A DNA stretch of 64,000 nucleotides from Botryllus schlosseri (lineage: Eukaryota). A model generated the notes under the pieces. That model was not told the origin of the DNA, made no database searches, and was given only the letters and a program-made list of their open reading frames with translations. The DNA lies in contig CM119380.1 in the NCBI GenBank assembly GCA_051294905.1, forward strand, positions 20,956,001 through 21,020,000, given 5' to 3'. Positions 38,101 through 51,292 of the stretch are shown piece by piece. Positions within the stretch are counted from its first letter, which is position 1, and each line of letters starts with the position of its first letter. The position numbers were made by a program, and so were the translations under genes.

Positions 38101-41100
38101 TGGGTGCATGTTTTCAAATTATTGTCAGTAATTTGAATTGAAAACACCCCAATTTTGTATGCCACTATTTCGACATTGCCTGCTGCTTCGTGGAATTCGT
38201 GTGTCAGCTGTCAAGGGTTGAGCGCAATGTTGATCACTGATGGCACAGCGTCTAGCGCCTCGCTATGCTCTTGTGAATGCGCTCTAAATCCCCACGAAGG
38301 GGCGAGTCTAAAAGGTTACCTCCACCCCGTAAAACACTACATACCTTTAAAATGTACTCGTCATCATCTCGATCCAACGCGACGCGCTTTCTTTTGCCAA
38401 GAAGGGTGTGTGCTTCGCCTGTAACGCGAGATGCGGATGAAAGCGATGATGGCAACCTATATACCATATGCGGGTGGGCAGTAACGAAGTACTTTTACAT
38501 ATTCGTAGTACTGAAGTACATTTCGTCTTGGTTATGTTTTTGTGACCACTTACATTTCTTACCTTATACTTTTTAGATAGAAATAATTAGTTTTTAGATT
38601 TGGGATTTTGTCGAAGTAGAATGTCGTTTTGGGATATGTTTCCATCACCTTAACTGTGAAATTATTATAACGACCGGACGAAATGGCCCCTGTGTCACGG
38701 TAACTGATATTTCCGAAAATTACACCAATTCGTATTGCGATTAGTCATTTTGCGGTAGCCTCGAATAGGCATCTTGGAATTTTGATAATAGCCACATTCT
38801 ACTTGTAATCGAGCATAATTTTACTGCTGCTTGAGTGGCAATGACTACTTTGACCACCTCATCATCACCACTCAATACCGACGCGGAACAGTAATTCAGC
38901 ATTTTAAAGCAATGTTGTTAAACATTTGAGAGATCAAGCTACTGAGAAAATGGATTGGATCAACCATACCGGTTTCAACTGAGGGTGGCTAGTTAGCTTA
39001 CTAGACTTATCTACACGATTGCACGCGACTACTTACTGACATCCAATCATAGTCTTATTTTTGCTTACCATCGTGCACATCGGCGATTTCCAAGATACCT
39101 TCTTCTCTAAAGTGATTCGGATTGTCTCTCCTCATCGTTCTCTTTTCCTCTTGTGCCCTGTCCCGACCGGGGCAGGAACATATTCTAATCTCCACCGCTC
39201 GCCGACCAAGTACTTGGCCGCTGAAATTGGTACGGTAAGCATTTAGCGGCCTTTCTACTGATAATTTATACCAATTCGAAGAAAATCGTAAGGCTATGTT
39301 AATTGATGCGTGCTGGTTAAAGTAGCCCACGCTGGTACCGAAAGCGTATATAACTAGAAGTAACGTCGTAAATTCATACTAGGTATTAACTAGTAAAAGT
39401 TACGATATCCAAGACACTTCGAAACTACTTCCAGTTGAAGTAGAAAATACAGATATGGAAAGTGCACAAGTAAGTAGTTTCAAAGAGTAGCTTGGGTGAA
39501 AATGTCTCATATTTTAGCAGTTAATTGGAGGTGAGTGCTTTTGACATTACATGGACACGAACAACGTCTTGGTAACTAACTATATGACGTTATCGTTGCA
39601 TGGCTTTGTCAGAACAAAAGCCTTCCCAGTCATTATTATTATTTGCATCGTGGCGCTTATGACCGATTAGGTCTTTTACACCACGTATACGTGATGATTA
39701 GAATACGCAGGATTTCACAGGTACGTATTACACGTTAAAACAAATTCCACAACCGGGGTTACCAATGGGGGAAATGTGAGAAAATTTTCAAGTAAAAATA
39801 CGATACTATAATATTTGCACGATTCCACTATAGAAATCGGCGGTGAAAATCAAATAGAGAACAATACACTATAAAATGCGATGCTGTTTCTGGGGTGCCG
39901 CATGATCCCGATCGGGGTCTCCGAGCATTTGATACGGCATAAATGTGAGTTCAGGAGACAATGACCCGTCATCTGACGGAATAATATACGGTCGTATACC
40001 CGTAGTCATGTGTTTATCGTGATGTCAATCGAATCACGCCAGGGGTTTCGAAGGAGCCTCATTATTGTACCAAACCAAACACCGCAGATATCAAATCCAA
40101 GTTGCTGTATATGCAATACCTATAGATTTAAACTCACTCGACGTTTTCGAAAGTAAACACCAGCATGAGTGGCCGCCTGTTAATCCCGCCAACGCAACTG
40201 GACAAACACATGAATTTGAATAACACCGTCGAGTAGTCTGTACCGACCTGCATCGACAATTTCCAGACTTATGAATCAGAGCGATTAGTCTCAAACCCGG
40301 TCCATACGCTTTACCTGGGGGTCTTCATACAGTATTGATACACTCTCGCGTCCGTCCGCTCCGAAGTTGTACTGCACAGTGTGTCGGTTGCTAGGCATCT
40401 CAACGCGAACCAAATGGTTCACCGGGATGTGGGACGGAGTCGCTAAAGATGAAGGGGAAACTTACGGAGGTAGAAACTACGCTGAAAATTTGAGCTCAAT
40501 TACAAGCGGAATTAGCAATTTCCAAGACATATCAAACTATAGGGTTACCATACGTCCTGTCTTAAGAGGATTTGTCCTCTTTTTTTCACATTTTTGAAAG
40601 TGTCCTCGGAGGACGCCCGAATGTCCTCATTTTGCGAATTTGTCCTCTTTTTTGAAAATTTTGGTTAAACGTATGTTAAAATTCAACTGAGATATAGGAA
40701 ATCAGTACTCAAATAACCGTTCGGCGGTCTTTCGGGAATTGAGTCGAAAAGTTGACCCTTTGTTTAGTCAACCAACTACATACTCGCAATAAATTTACCA
40801 ATGTTTCCGAATTTTACTCCGGTATTGTAAGTCTGGTAATTTTTAAAAAGTGTCCCTTTTCAGATTCCTAAAATATGGAAACCCTATCAAACTATTTCTA
40901 GTAGATATAGAAAATCAAAGGCATGCAAAGCACTAACGTAAGTAGTTTCAAGAACTAGATTTGGTCGCGGGGTCGCAAGATGTATCTTCGCCAGCTATAC
41001 AACGCGAAATGACCATAACAACGCTACACGGTTCCACACACGTAGAATATCTAGAAAATATATTCATATTCAGTTTCGTCATACAGCGGCTATTTAACCC

Positions 41101-44100
41101 GGGTCCTACGACTTTCTACTGAAAAGAGTGCTGCAAACTCATCCTACAACGACTTTATACTTTTTAAATTCTAAATTATGAAAAGTTAGTAGTTTTACCT
41201 AAAATCTGTTCAAGTAGAAATGGAAGTATTCTACAAACATAACCACTTGAGTAAGTATGGTGCAAGTACGCAAACATTACCTGAGTACTCCGCGTATGTA
41301 GAACTACTTCGCTACTGACCACCTCTTGAAACTGAAAACGTTTGTCTCTATTGAATAACCACGATGATGGACTTGAATTCAAATATGTTAAATGGATTTC
41401 GATGTAGGCCTACAAAGTTTGCCAAACTTTATTTGGACGCAGACATGTATTGTCAATTCGGCTAGAATTTTCATGCGGCTCTAAAGAAGATATGGTTTAG
41501 CAACGGCGCTATGTCTGTGCAACGTAGCTAAACAGATGAAGTCGCAATGTCCGAGTCGAAAATTAAGGGGTTAAAGGCTCTTTTCGTCTCACCCAGGCTG
41601 TACCCTTGTATATATGAACACCGAACAGTGAGCAGTCGGCATGACGATGCAAAATATATTTGGTATTTGGATTGGAACGTAGAAAAGCTCGAACAGGAAA
41701 CAATATTTGGATTTAAAATATTTAATCCGCTCATCTCCGCTGCATACCAAGATTTAAATCCCGGCATTCGACAAAAGAAGACGGATCTCAAGATATTTGA
41801 AGAGAAGAATCAACAAATGGAGAGCACGGCGCGTTGTTATATTTGTACAGCTCGTATTTTATAATGAAATCCTTTCCAGTCGTTGTTGGTCTCGTTAATT
41901 CTTTTGACAAAGTACCTTTCAACGGTTTTGGCCTCGTTCGTTAAAATGCTGTATATCTTAAAGACTATTTAAGTTTCTTGGTGAATTGTTATTGAATAGT
42001 TATTTTATATATCTGAAAATGATTTGAGCGTGCTGCTCACAACCTGGCTCATATCTAATGATATTTTATGACGCGTGCCAACAAAAGAGAAAAGTTTATT
42101 GCAGTTGGAAAATCAATAACAGAAGTCGTATGCGTTATGAAGAATTCATTAATGATTTGTTGGTTCGACTAGTACGGAGTACAGACTTGATGTATGAATG
42201 AAACAGTCGGTAACGAGGATTAATGCTATCCTATAGAAGGCATTAATTTTTTCACAGACGACTACGAACATACATATGGTTACTACGAAGACTGAAGCGT
42301 TCCACCTGTGCCTCTCACACTTCCAGAAATATCAACATTACCGGGAAATTGTGATCGTAATTCGTGAGCCTCACGACGCAATCATTAAATCCGCCCTACA
42401 ACGCGGTTATATATCACTTTGGTTCAGGGATGATTTTAGAATCTAAAATCTAACCTAACAATAGCCGTGAGAAACAAAACAAAAAAGGTCCCAAATTGTA
42501 GCAGAATTATCGATTGCACTCCGCATCGAATATATGAGTATTGACAAATTCATCACCGGCTGAGGTACTGGTTGATGTCATCATCAGTGTACTAACGGCG
42601 TCGCCAGGATGCGCACGGCCCCCACAGAATTTTCGACCTGGGCATCATAAGCTTTACTAATCATCGCAGCGGATCCGTGACATCACGTCAGAGTCAGGAT
42701 TTCACCTACGCCAAATTTTGGACTCTGCTGGTGCATACTGCATAGTTACTTCGGCCCGGTTACACGTGAATTGTCATTACAATGCTTTCCCATTTCGTAA
42801 TAAAATCCCAGGCTCTATACCACTCTCTGTGACAGTCTCGGCATCAAACCCTTTACTTACAGTTGTCTGTTATTTTGTGATTCGGGCATCTCGTTACGAT
42901 ATCCTTCATATGCTGCGGCCTTTTAAATACTGGCGTCGCCTTGATAATGCACCCTTGCGGAGGAGGTAGATTGCACTTGAATTGTATCGGACAAGTAACA
43001 TTCATTTTCACGAAAAGCTTGTTCAGCATTGACGAAAACTGAAAGAGCAAGGCACAGTTGTCGCGTTTGCGCCAGTTAAAATCACATCAGCAGTTAACTG
43101 CAATACCGTATATTGCGCATTTTTCGGAGCTGACATTGTCTTTTCTCCAAAGTATATTTCGAATCCGCATTCTCCAGGATAATCGCTGCAATGATGCGTA
43201 AACAGTAAATAACAATGTTGCAGGAGCGTCGCAAAATAACCAAGAGTCAACAGTACAGAGTAATATAGATTGGTGATATCATATAAGCTTGTGACAGACT
43301 TAAAGTTTGGCTTACTTGAGTGGAATAAGGAACTTTTCTGTGGGAACATGGTACTCGAAGGACGGTCCTGGTGCGTACGGACTGTGCGTTGTAACGGCTG
43401 GATCTCCGGTATTCGGACTACTTGTGTGAACGTAAACATTTTGAGTTGAATGGCCGTTTCTGTCCTGCGCGTCAACACCAGATGACTGTGTCGCGTACGC
43501 GGGTATGGTGACCAAACTTCCACCATCGCTTGAGAATACGTTCTAAAAAGGGTTGGATTACGAATTCAATAAATAGAATTAAAATAGCTCCTCCNNNNNN
43601 NNNNNNNNNNNNNNNNNNNNNNNNNNNNNNNNNNNNNNNNNNNNNNNNNNNNNNNNNNNNNNNNNNNNNNNNNNNNNNNNNNNNNNNNNNNNNNNNNNNN
43701 NNNNNNNNNNNNNNNNNNNNNNNNNNNNNNNNNNNNNNNNNNNNNNNNNNNNNNNNNNNNNNNNNNNNNNNNNNNNNNNNNNNNNNNNNNNNNNNNNNNN
43801 NNNNNNNNNNNNNNNNNNNNNNNNNNNNNNNNNNNNNNNNNNNNNNNNNNNNNNNNNNNNNNNNNNNNNNNNNNNNNNNNNNNNNNNNNNNNNNNNNNNN
43901 NNNNNNNNNNNNNNNNNNNNNNNNNNNNNNNNNNNNNNNNNNNNNNNNNNNNNNNNNNNNNNNNNNNNNNNNNNNNNNNNNNNNNNNNNNNNNNNNNNNN
44001 NNNNNNNNNNNNNNNNNNNNNNNNNNNNNNNNNNNNNNNNNNNNNNNNNNNNNNNNNNNNNNNNNNNNNNNNNNNNNNNNNNNNNNNNNNNNNNNNNNNN

Positions 44101-44717
44101 NNNNNNNNNNNNNNNNNNNNNNNNNNNNNNNNNNNNNNNNNNNNNNNNNNNNNNNNNNNNNNNNNNNNNNNNNNNNNNNNNNNNNNNNNNNNNNNNNNNN
44201 NNNNNNNNNNNNNNNNNNNNNNNNNNNNNNNNNNNNNNNNNNNNCAAACAGGAAAACTTTTTCATGTGCAATTAGATAGATTACAAATTTGAAATTGGGA
44301 AACGACTGTAACATCAATGTGACGACAGTAACATCAATGTGACGTCACTGATCGATCGTGACGTATTGAAAAATCGAAAATTTAGGCAGGTCAAAGATGC
44401 CTTTCGCCCTACTCGGCTACGCACCTAATTGTATAGGAATACGAAGTTCAGAAAAGACTCACAAATACACCGTTGTAGCTCAATTTAACTAGACTGTATC
44501 CTAACCATACCATGGTGGTAGGTTACGTACGTCCTATATCCGCATTCCATTTCTCTAACCACGTCTAGGTTTTGGAAGAGCCTACGGTAAGAATTCAATT
44601 CTGGCTAAACCATCCCTTCAAACTCTGACAAAAACTACGCAATACAAATTTAGGCTGGCATCCCAAAGAATATATCTTTCTTACCGTCATGTCGGGGCGA
44701 ATTACCAGTTCAGACAT
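35137..44717 (-). CDS. p53/p63/p73-family transcription factor (DNA-binding and tetramerization domains, no SAM domain found), ~411 aa as modelled
   Basis: Exons 43542-43316, 43185-43107, 43038-42861, 40442-40315, 40247-40138, 39220-39069, 38418-38345 and 36947-36814; the boundaries of the first of these and the 39069 donor are best guesses. Probable terminal exon 35257-35137; tentative first exon 44717-44685. Motifs [60 protein letters not shown] 650-N gap lies in the first modelled intron. Confidence 0.93.
35815..35990 (+). mobile_element. tRNA-derived SINE, family 2
   Basis: A box TAGCGTAGTGG (35823-35833), B box GGTTCGACTCC (35866-35876). The body (GTGTTGGAGGTTTATCT, GCGGTGTCGTAC-AAAAGCC) recurs at ~37960-38100 (+) and partly at ~52512-52635 (-). 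Confidence 0.72.
37081..37901. mobile_element. Non-autonomous hAT element in a p53-family intron
   Basis: TIR CAGGGTTGCCAGA. Perfect TSD GAATGTGA (37073-37080, 37902-37909). Confidence 0.92.
40540..40886. mobile_element. hAT MITE (TAGGGTTACC family) in a p53-family intron
   Basis: TIR TAGGGTTACCATA / TATGGAAACCCTA. Perfect TSD TCAAACTA (40532-40539, 40887-40894). Confidence 0.9.
43595..44244. other. Assembly gap (650 N)
   Basis: Run of N; it may hide p53-family exons. Confidence 1.
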
Positions 44718-44754
44718 GCTCGCCAACTTAAAGGGACTAACGTTAGACTTGCCC
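44712..44754. promoter_or_regulatory. Pair of perfect p53-family half-sites
   Basis: AGACATGCTC (44712-44721) and AGACTTGCCC (44745-44754) both match RRRCWWGYYY, with a 23-bp spacer. They sit at the tentative first exon of the p53-family gene. Confidence 0.5.
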
Positions 44755-46423
44755 CTAGTCAAAACTTCTCCGACCGTACGCCTTCTTCAATTCGTTACTG
44801 AACAAACACCACGATCCATAAAAAGTTGGCAGAACGTTAAATAGATGTGACCGTTGGCTAAGCCAACAATTAGGGCAAAATCTAACAAATATTAAACGGT
44901 ATGGTCAATACACAGTTGAATCCTCGACAACGCTGTCATAACACAGTGCCTCGACCTATGAAAAGGCCCGTTTGTTAGGAGAGAAAAAACCGTTTCTTGA
45001 GATCGCAATAAAAGAGACGTCAATGAATGTTTCAACGGCAGTACTCTCGGCACACAATGGAGTTATTGACTCTCCGATTCGAAGTTTCGCCGGAGAGAGT
45101 ATACACCAGGATTTACGACTAATCCAAATTACACATTTTATCGAGGCAAGCACGGGTTCTTCATCGTAAAGCCTATTTTTATAGTACGAAAAATAGCCCA
45201 AATTACCAATCATTCTCATCCGACCCTATACATGCGATATTTGTATGCTATTGTAATGTATGTGTGATGAAGCAATGAAACCTCGCTATAACCGCAACAT
45301 CGATGACCCACTGTCCGCAATATTTAATAAGCACGTTTCAACAGCATTGTCGTGGTGTATTAGAATATTCCGTAGATGAGACTCAATTACGTATACTCAT
45401 ACTGTCCATCCCTTGAAATGTTGTTACTATTCAAAAACTAGTTGTTTGTATGTTTCGTTGCGACCCACTAGAGCTGGAATTCTCTCGCCTGTTGTCTCAA
45501 ATCAATTGCCGTTTGTTATTCTTGGTCTACCATCGCGAACAGCCGGTCCGTAGGGATGCTACGCAGGAACGTATTTATTCATTTTAAAACTCACTTCGAC
45601 GCCCCACATTTTACGTGAATACATTGAGATAAGATCTGCTCATTTTGGACTGCAACGAACTCTGGCGCAAATGAGTTCACCGTATGGCTTGACTCCAGTC
45701 CATACTGATGGGCATGGCGGCCGACTGTGCCTCGGTTCGGTTCGTTTTATTAGCAATTTTTATCAGTTCAATACACCACAAAATTGCGATGCCAGGGTCC
45801 GGAATGAAAATATAACGGGTCGTCAAGAAGTTGATCAAATAAAAGAAGTTGCAGATACATTTTGTGACGCATAACGAATCAAAAGAATGTTATGATGTTT
45901 GGGTAACGCAATCTGAGGTGGTGCGTTCATACTGTATCAACAATATGGATCACGATTACTTCGGAAACGCGCGATATTACAGAAAAATCTAGAAGTAGGC
46001 GATAGCGGTTACGAATATATTGACAAAGTAATCACGGTCGTTGATGTTTAGATTTATTTCATTTCCTTGAAATTGAGCATAACGCATATTTGAAGGCAAT
46101 ATATTGTTCCACTTTGCGCAATCGCCGTTGGTGAGGCTGCATCACAAGACTAAAGATTTTGAAAATTGTGATGTTATGTAATTGCGTGCTACAACAAAAG
46201 ATATCCAATGCGCAACTTTATCGTTGATGATTTGTTTCCCCAACTAATACCGATTTCGTTCTTGCTAAGTATGCCAACGTGATACATAAGCGAGGGACTG
46301 CAGTAGATTCAAATGTTTAGTAAATAATGATGAAATACCAATTGATTCCTTCAAATAGGACCATCAAAGAATACGTTAAATGAACACGAAATTCTTCTAT
46401 AACGTATCATGCTTCTCGTAAGG

Positions 46424-47296
46424 CAGTGGTTCTCAACCCTTTTGTCTTCGCGGACCCCTTTTGAACCGTTACGGACCACCGCGGACCCCCAAAGTTTTAG
46501 TTCAAATTTAGCTCAATTATCGTGAAACCCTCATCTGTCTTGTGCAAATATTAACTGTAGGCTACGGATTACCAGCAACAAATTGCATTTTCCTTAAGAT
46601 AACACCATACTATGTATAATGTATATAGAATTTGAGTGGACTTTTGTTATTTCAAAGCGAATTCTGTAGATGCATTTCTTGAAATATAGGTGATCGTGCC
46701 TTGAAAATCTGCTCCTTCGAGTTGATCTGAACTAGTGTCGAAACTCCATTCTCACAAAGATAGATGGTGGGGAATGTAATAATAACGCGAAATGCTTCCG
46801 ATCACACCTTTGGGTATGATCACAACATATATGTCACCAAAATTGAGAAATAGATTTCAATTAACTTATTATACGTCCCTCGTCCAGTCTAGTCATTTCT
46901 ATCTGGCAGCCCATCTTGAAGTTATTATGGAATAATGGTTATGTATAATGTACATATATTACAGGAGAAAATGGAATTTTGCAAACATATCGAAGTCACC
47001 GCGATTGTCTGATTGATCCTACATTCCAATTTTTTTCCACAAACCTTAACAACACACCTCTCAACAGTAGCATGTAGGTATCTGTAGGCTATTGGCAATT
47101 TGGTAATTTAAATGAGTTTGCACAGTAGGATGCTTCATCTCAGAAGGCCATTCTGTTGATGTGACTCCTGGAGATTTAGCACTTACGAAGCGAAACTGCC
47201 TCGTGATCTCCGTAATTTCAAGAAATACAAATTCAACCATTTTGCAAATTTAGATGTTTCGCGGACCCCCCGCGGACACCCGGTTGAGAACCACTG
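46424..47296. mobile_element. Non-autonomous hAT element
   Basis: TIR CAGTGGTTCTCAACC. Perfect TSD TCGTAAGG (46416-46423, 47297-47304). GCGGACCCC subterminal repeats. Confidence 0.93.
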
Positions 47297-47577
47297 TCGT
47301 AAGGCAACACACGTTTCGTATACCCGAAATCTACACGATACAGATATTGCGAGCAGCGGTTACGAATAACCATACAGAGCAGCTGTGTAGTTTACATATA
47401 CGACTAATACTAGCGACCGTTGAGTTGTAATGATTTGATATTTTATTTGGAAAGTAAATGGTGTGAACCTCCGAAAGGTTCAGGTTCGTGTGAACGCGAA
47501 CCTTTTTGAAAGGTTCTGTGTGAACGCGAATACGTGAACCTATGACGTCACGTGACGTCATATTGCATAGTTACGAC

Positions 47578-48780
47578 TAGGGTTGGATTATCCGGATAAC
47601 GGTTAACCGGTTAACCAGTTAACCACAGGTGTTTTTAGTATCCGATATCCGGATATAAATCTGCCGGTTAACCGGATAAAATAGTATCGTTAATAATGTG
47701 TTTTAAACTTTTAGGAAGCTTCAATAAGTCGTATTATCAGTGTTTCGCGCGGCCAATTAGCGAGAAGCGTGTCGACAATTAGCGGGGTACGTCAATGCAC
47801 TGTGTAACGCGACGCAATCTCCCGCTGAGAAGATCGCCAAATTAGGTCATTGATTGCCGCGAACTCGGCTATCGTTGTTGGCCTGGTTTTTCGAGTCTTC
47901 AACAAGCCTATAGTTCCGCTGGCAGAATCACATCTGCAATATGGTCTGTGGACATTACACCATCACTGGCCTACATAATCGCATCTGCATTGGCTTGGTG
48001 CTCACGATATTTCGCTGGCCTGCGTAATCGCATCTGCAATAGGCATGGTGCGAACGATATAATCGCTGGCGTAACCATAGTCTCGGGGCTGGCATGCGTT
48101 GGCTCCTATCTCTTGGTGGCTTGGAGACAATATGCCGCTGAGAATATTATGATCAGCGATTGTGATTAATGAGTTACATTGCGAAACTGAATGACATCGA
48201 ATGTTCGCATTCCGGAAACATGTTCGTGCGTGCAAGCGTAATTGATTTCCGCTGATACTAAATTCGAAAAAAAATCGAAACCACCTCCTTTTATTTAAAA
48301 CACCCCTCTTATTTTTCGGCTGGCTACGGGCCTGATCATGTGAATTTCTCATGGAGGAATTAGAGCGAGCTATCATGTCGGCCTCAATTCCGGTATCAGC
48401 TACTCGTCCTTGCAGTACTGGACACCTAAACAGAAGAATGGGCAAAAAGGAAGCGCTGCCTACTATATTCAGCCTTGCTTAGCCTACTATAATTCAGCCC
48501 ATTTTGTGGAAGCAGAAAGAGCATTTAATACGTGTGGACTCTTTGTTACAAAACTCCGGTCCCGGCTGCAGGATGCCACTATTGATGCGGTGTGCTTTAT
48601 AAGGAGGGAGCTGCAATTACACTGTGTAATGATTTTGCGATCCACTTTTCATGCAGACCTCGTGACATCGATTATCTCACTTAGGATTCACTATCCGGTT
48701 AACCGGTTAGCTAAATTCCAAATATACGGATATATCCGTTATCCGGATAGTGAAAATTATTGATATCCGAACTAACCCTA
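47578..48780 (+). mobile_element. hAT element (TAGGGTT TIR, ATCCGG/TTAACCGG repeats) with a transposase dimerization-domain remnant
   Basis: Perfect TSD GTTACGAC (47570-47577, 48781-48788). ~48505-48610 encodes VEAERAFNTCGLFVTKLRSRLQDATIDAVCFIR, a typical hAT C-terminal motif. Confidence 0.92.
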
Positions 48781-48853
48781 GTTACGACCCTAGATTTAAG
48801 TGAAGTGATATAGTAATGTACTGTCCACGATACCTAGCGACGATACAGGCCAC

Positions 48854-50142
48854 TAGGGATGGCGTGAACCTCTGAAAGGTTCAGGTTCGTGTGAACTCGA
48901 ACCTTTTTGAAAGGGTCTGTGTGAACGCGAACGTGAACCTCATGACGTCACGTGACGTCACATTGCCAATTCCAATCCTATCTTTCAATGAAGTGATAGC
49001 CTAATTAGCCTGTATCAATGTGACACAGTGTGTACCCTGTACGGTGTACAGGGTAAGGGTACACCGTACACGATAACTAGCGACGACTCGGCCACATAAT
49101 AGCACCATAGTGTCCTATATGGTGTCGACACAGCCAAATCTCACGCCTCAGTGAAATTGTATCACGTCACAATTTCCATTTGGCTACAGGCAATTTGACG
49201 GTCATTTTTGACCGGCTTGACGAGCATTAAATTTGGTAAAACGGGTATCAATCGAAAGCTGACTCTGCACTGATTACGAAAATATAAATTTTATTCCGCT
49301 CGTGTCCCTGGAACTCCCACAATCAGCCTCGAATTTTTCATTGTTATGGAGATTGACATTGTGACGCAACAATGGTTTCTGGCTCTTTTTCTCTTGAGCT
49401 ACTCTCTCGATTCGCCAGACAGCATTGTTACGTCCTCAGCTACTCTCTCGTTTAGCCAGACAGCATTGAGGACTTACCAGGTAATACAAGCTTACGCCTT
49501 TACGGTCTAGGTCAGACCAGACATTGTATTCAGCATCTGAATATTACTACATTGATATTGAGCAGAGTGTAAAACGGGTTTTTATACTTGTTGCCGATAT
49601 AACCCCATTAACAAGTTATACAGTAGTAGCCAACACCTCTATCGCATGGATTTGGTTTTAATGATACAGTAAAAATATGAAGTAAAGATTGACCCCGTAC
49701 GCGTGCTAGATTTTTTGCATCATAAAACGATACCAATCTCATCGATGGGTTGAATAAGTATCATTCGCTGACTACGCATTTCACTCGTGATGTTGTGTGA
49801 TTGCAGGTCAAGCTCACAGCAGACAGTCACTAAATATTCACAAACGGTAAGCTGGATATTTCGAGCAAACTTTTGTAACAAAGCAAGAAAAACTTTTGAG
49901 ATTGTCAAGGTAATTGCTCGTTTAGTGTTGATTTTTTATGCTGCAAGTGCCATGCATAGAGTGGCCCGCAGTTTAAATGCAATAAATTTGAACAAAAGAT
50001 GTTATAATGAAGTAAAAATTGTAATATATGAAAAGGTTCACAGTACAGAACCTACCAAGGTTCTGTTGTGAACGCGAACCTCTAAATTTCCGAGGTTCAC
50101 ACACAGAACGCGAACGTGAACCTCACGCTCACACCATCCCTA
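48854..50142. mobile_element. TAGGGATGG-family hAT copy inserted into its own family; chimeric interior
   Basis: Both TIRs intact. TSD CAGGCCAC/CAGGCCGC (7/8). Confidence 0.9.
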
Positions 50143-51292
50143 CAGGCCGCATTATGCCACAATGCTGAAGTACATGATGACTTTCTAAACGTCTCCAAAT
50201 GTATCAATTGGGTCAATCAAAGGATATAATAATCCCATAAAATCAATATCTTCCGTCGGTTTGCCAACAGTTTCGACAAGGACTTGCCATGGGCCTGTAA
50301 GCCAGACCGAAAAATGTATTCGGCGTCTGACTATCACTACATTGATATTGAGCAGAGTGCAAACGGGTTTCTTGCTACCGATATTACCCCGTTAGCAATT
50401 ATACAGTATCCAACACCACAATCGCACGGATTTGGTTTTTACGATACATTAAACATACCAAATCAAGATGGGTCCCGTACGCTTGCTGGATTGTTTACAG
50501 CGATATATTCTTTATATCAATTTCATTGATTGATTGAACAAGCATCATTCGCTGGCTACCTACATTCCTACATGTAGCGTATTTCGCTCTTGCTAGTCAA
50601 GCTCCCAGCGGAGAGTCCCTAAATATTCATAAAAACGGAAAGCTGGATATTTCGAGAAGACTTTTGTAACAAAGCAAGTAAACTTTTTGAGATTGACATG
50701 GTGCATGAATGATGCGAGTTCAGTGTTGATGTTTATGCTGCTAGCGCCATGTATAGAGAGGTTTGAAGTTGAAATGCAAAGAATTTCAACTAAAAATGTT
50801 ATAATGATGTGGAAAATTGTAATCTATGAAAAAGGTTCGCAGTGCAGAACCCACCAAGGTTTGTTTGTGAATGTGAACCTCGAAATATCTGAGGTTCATA
50901 CGCAGAACGCGTACGTGCACCTCACGTTCACACCATCCCTACATTTTAAGCATAATCAAACATCAGTTTGAATAATAACGATCTAGTGTCGATATGTTGC
51001 ATGGCTGAGCACTGAGCAGTGAGCATGATTCCATACTCGGCTACACTGTATGGCGTAAAGACTGTAAACTGTACTCTGTAAAATTAGCTATACATATGAG
51101 TGGGAAATGTGTGCATTTATCAGATTTACATCATAGCGTCGGATGTAAATCAGACCAACGCCGTTCTTTCGTAACAAAGTTTGCTTGTTCACGCTCATTC
51201 CAATGTTGTAAAGTAGTGCAATAACTGTTGATCCTTATGGCGATGTATCCAAACATTATAGCGTATGGTGCGAATCAGGTTGAGGTTGTTTA

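Larger units (their letters stand above)
47458..50941. mobile_element. Old TAGGGATGG-family hAT copy interrupted by two younger insertions
   Basis: Decayed left end (ATGGTGTGAACC), intact right end CACCATCCCTA at 50941. The host sequence is continuous across both inserts. Confidence 0.8.

Noticed and set aside
41547-41864. 105-aa plus-strand ORF in a p53-family intron
   Set aside because: No recognisable domain, splice support or element boundaries; possibly a TE relic.
43472-44317. Long ORFs in the track spanning the N run
   Set aside because: Artefacts of the assembly gap (poly-X).
44955-45010. Minus-strand SQETVFSLL resembling the p53 transactivation motif SQETFSDLW
   Set aside because: Lacks the FxxLW core and has no suitable start codon or acceptor; kept only as a site to inspect in 5' RACE.
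47948-48169. Hydrophobic ORF with a PAP2-like RxxxxHxxxDIIAG string inside a hAT element
   Set aside because: The region is a degenerate ~50-bp tandem repeat (CGCTGGC..AATCGCATCTGCA) and the motif spacing is one residue off; probably chance.
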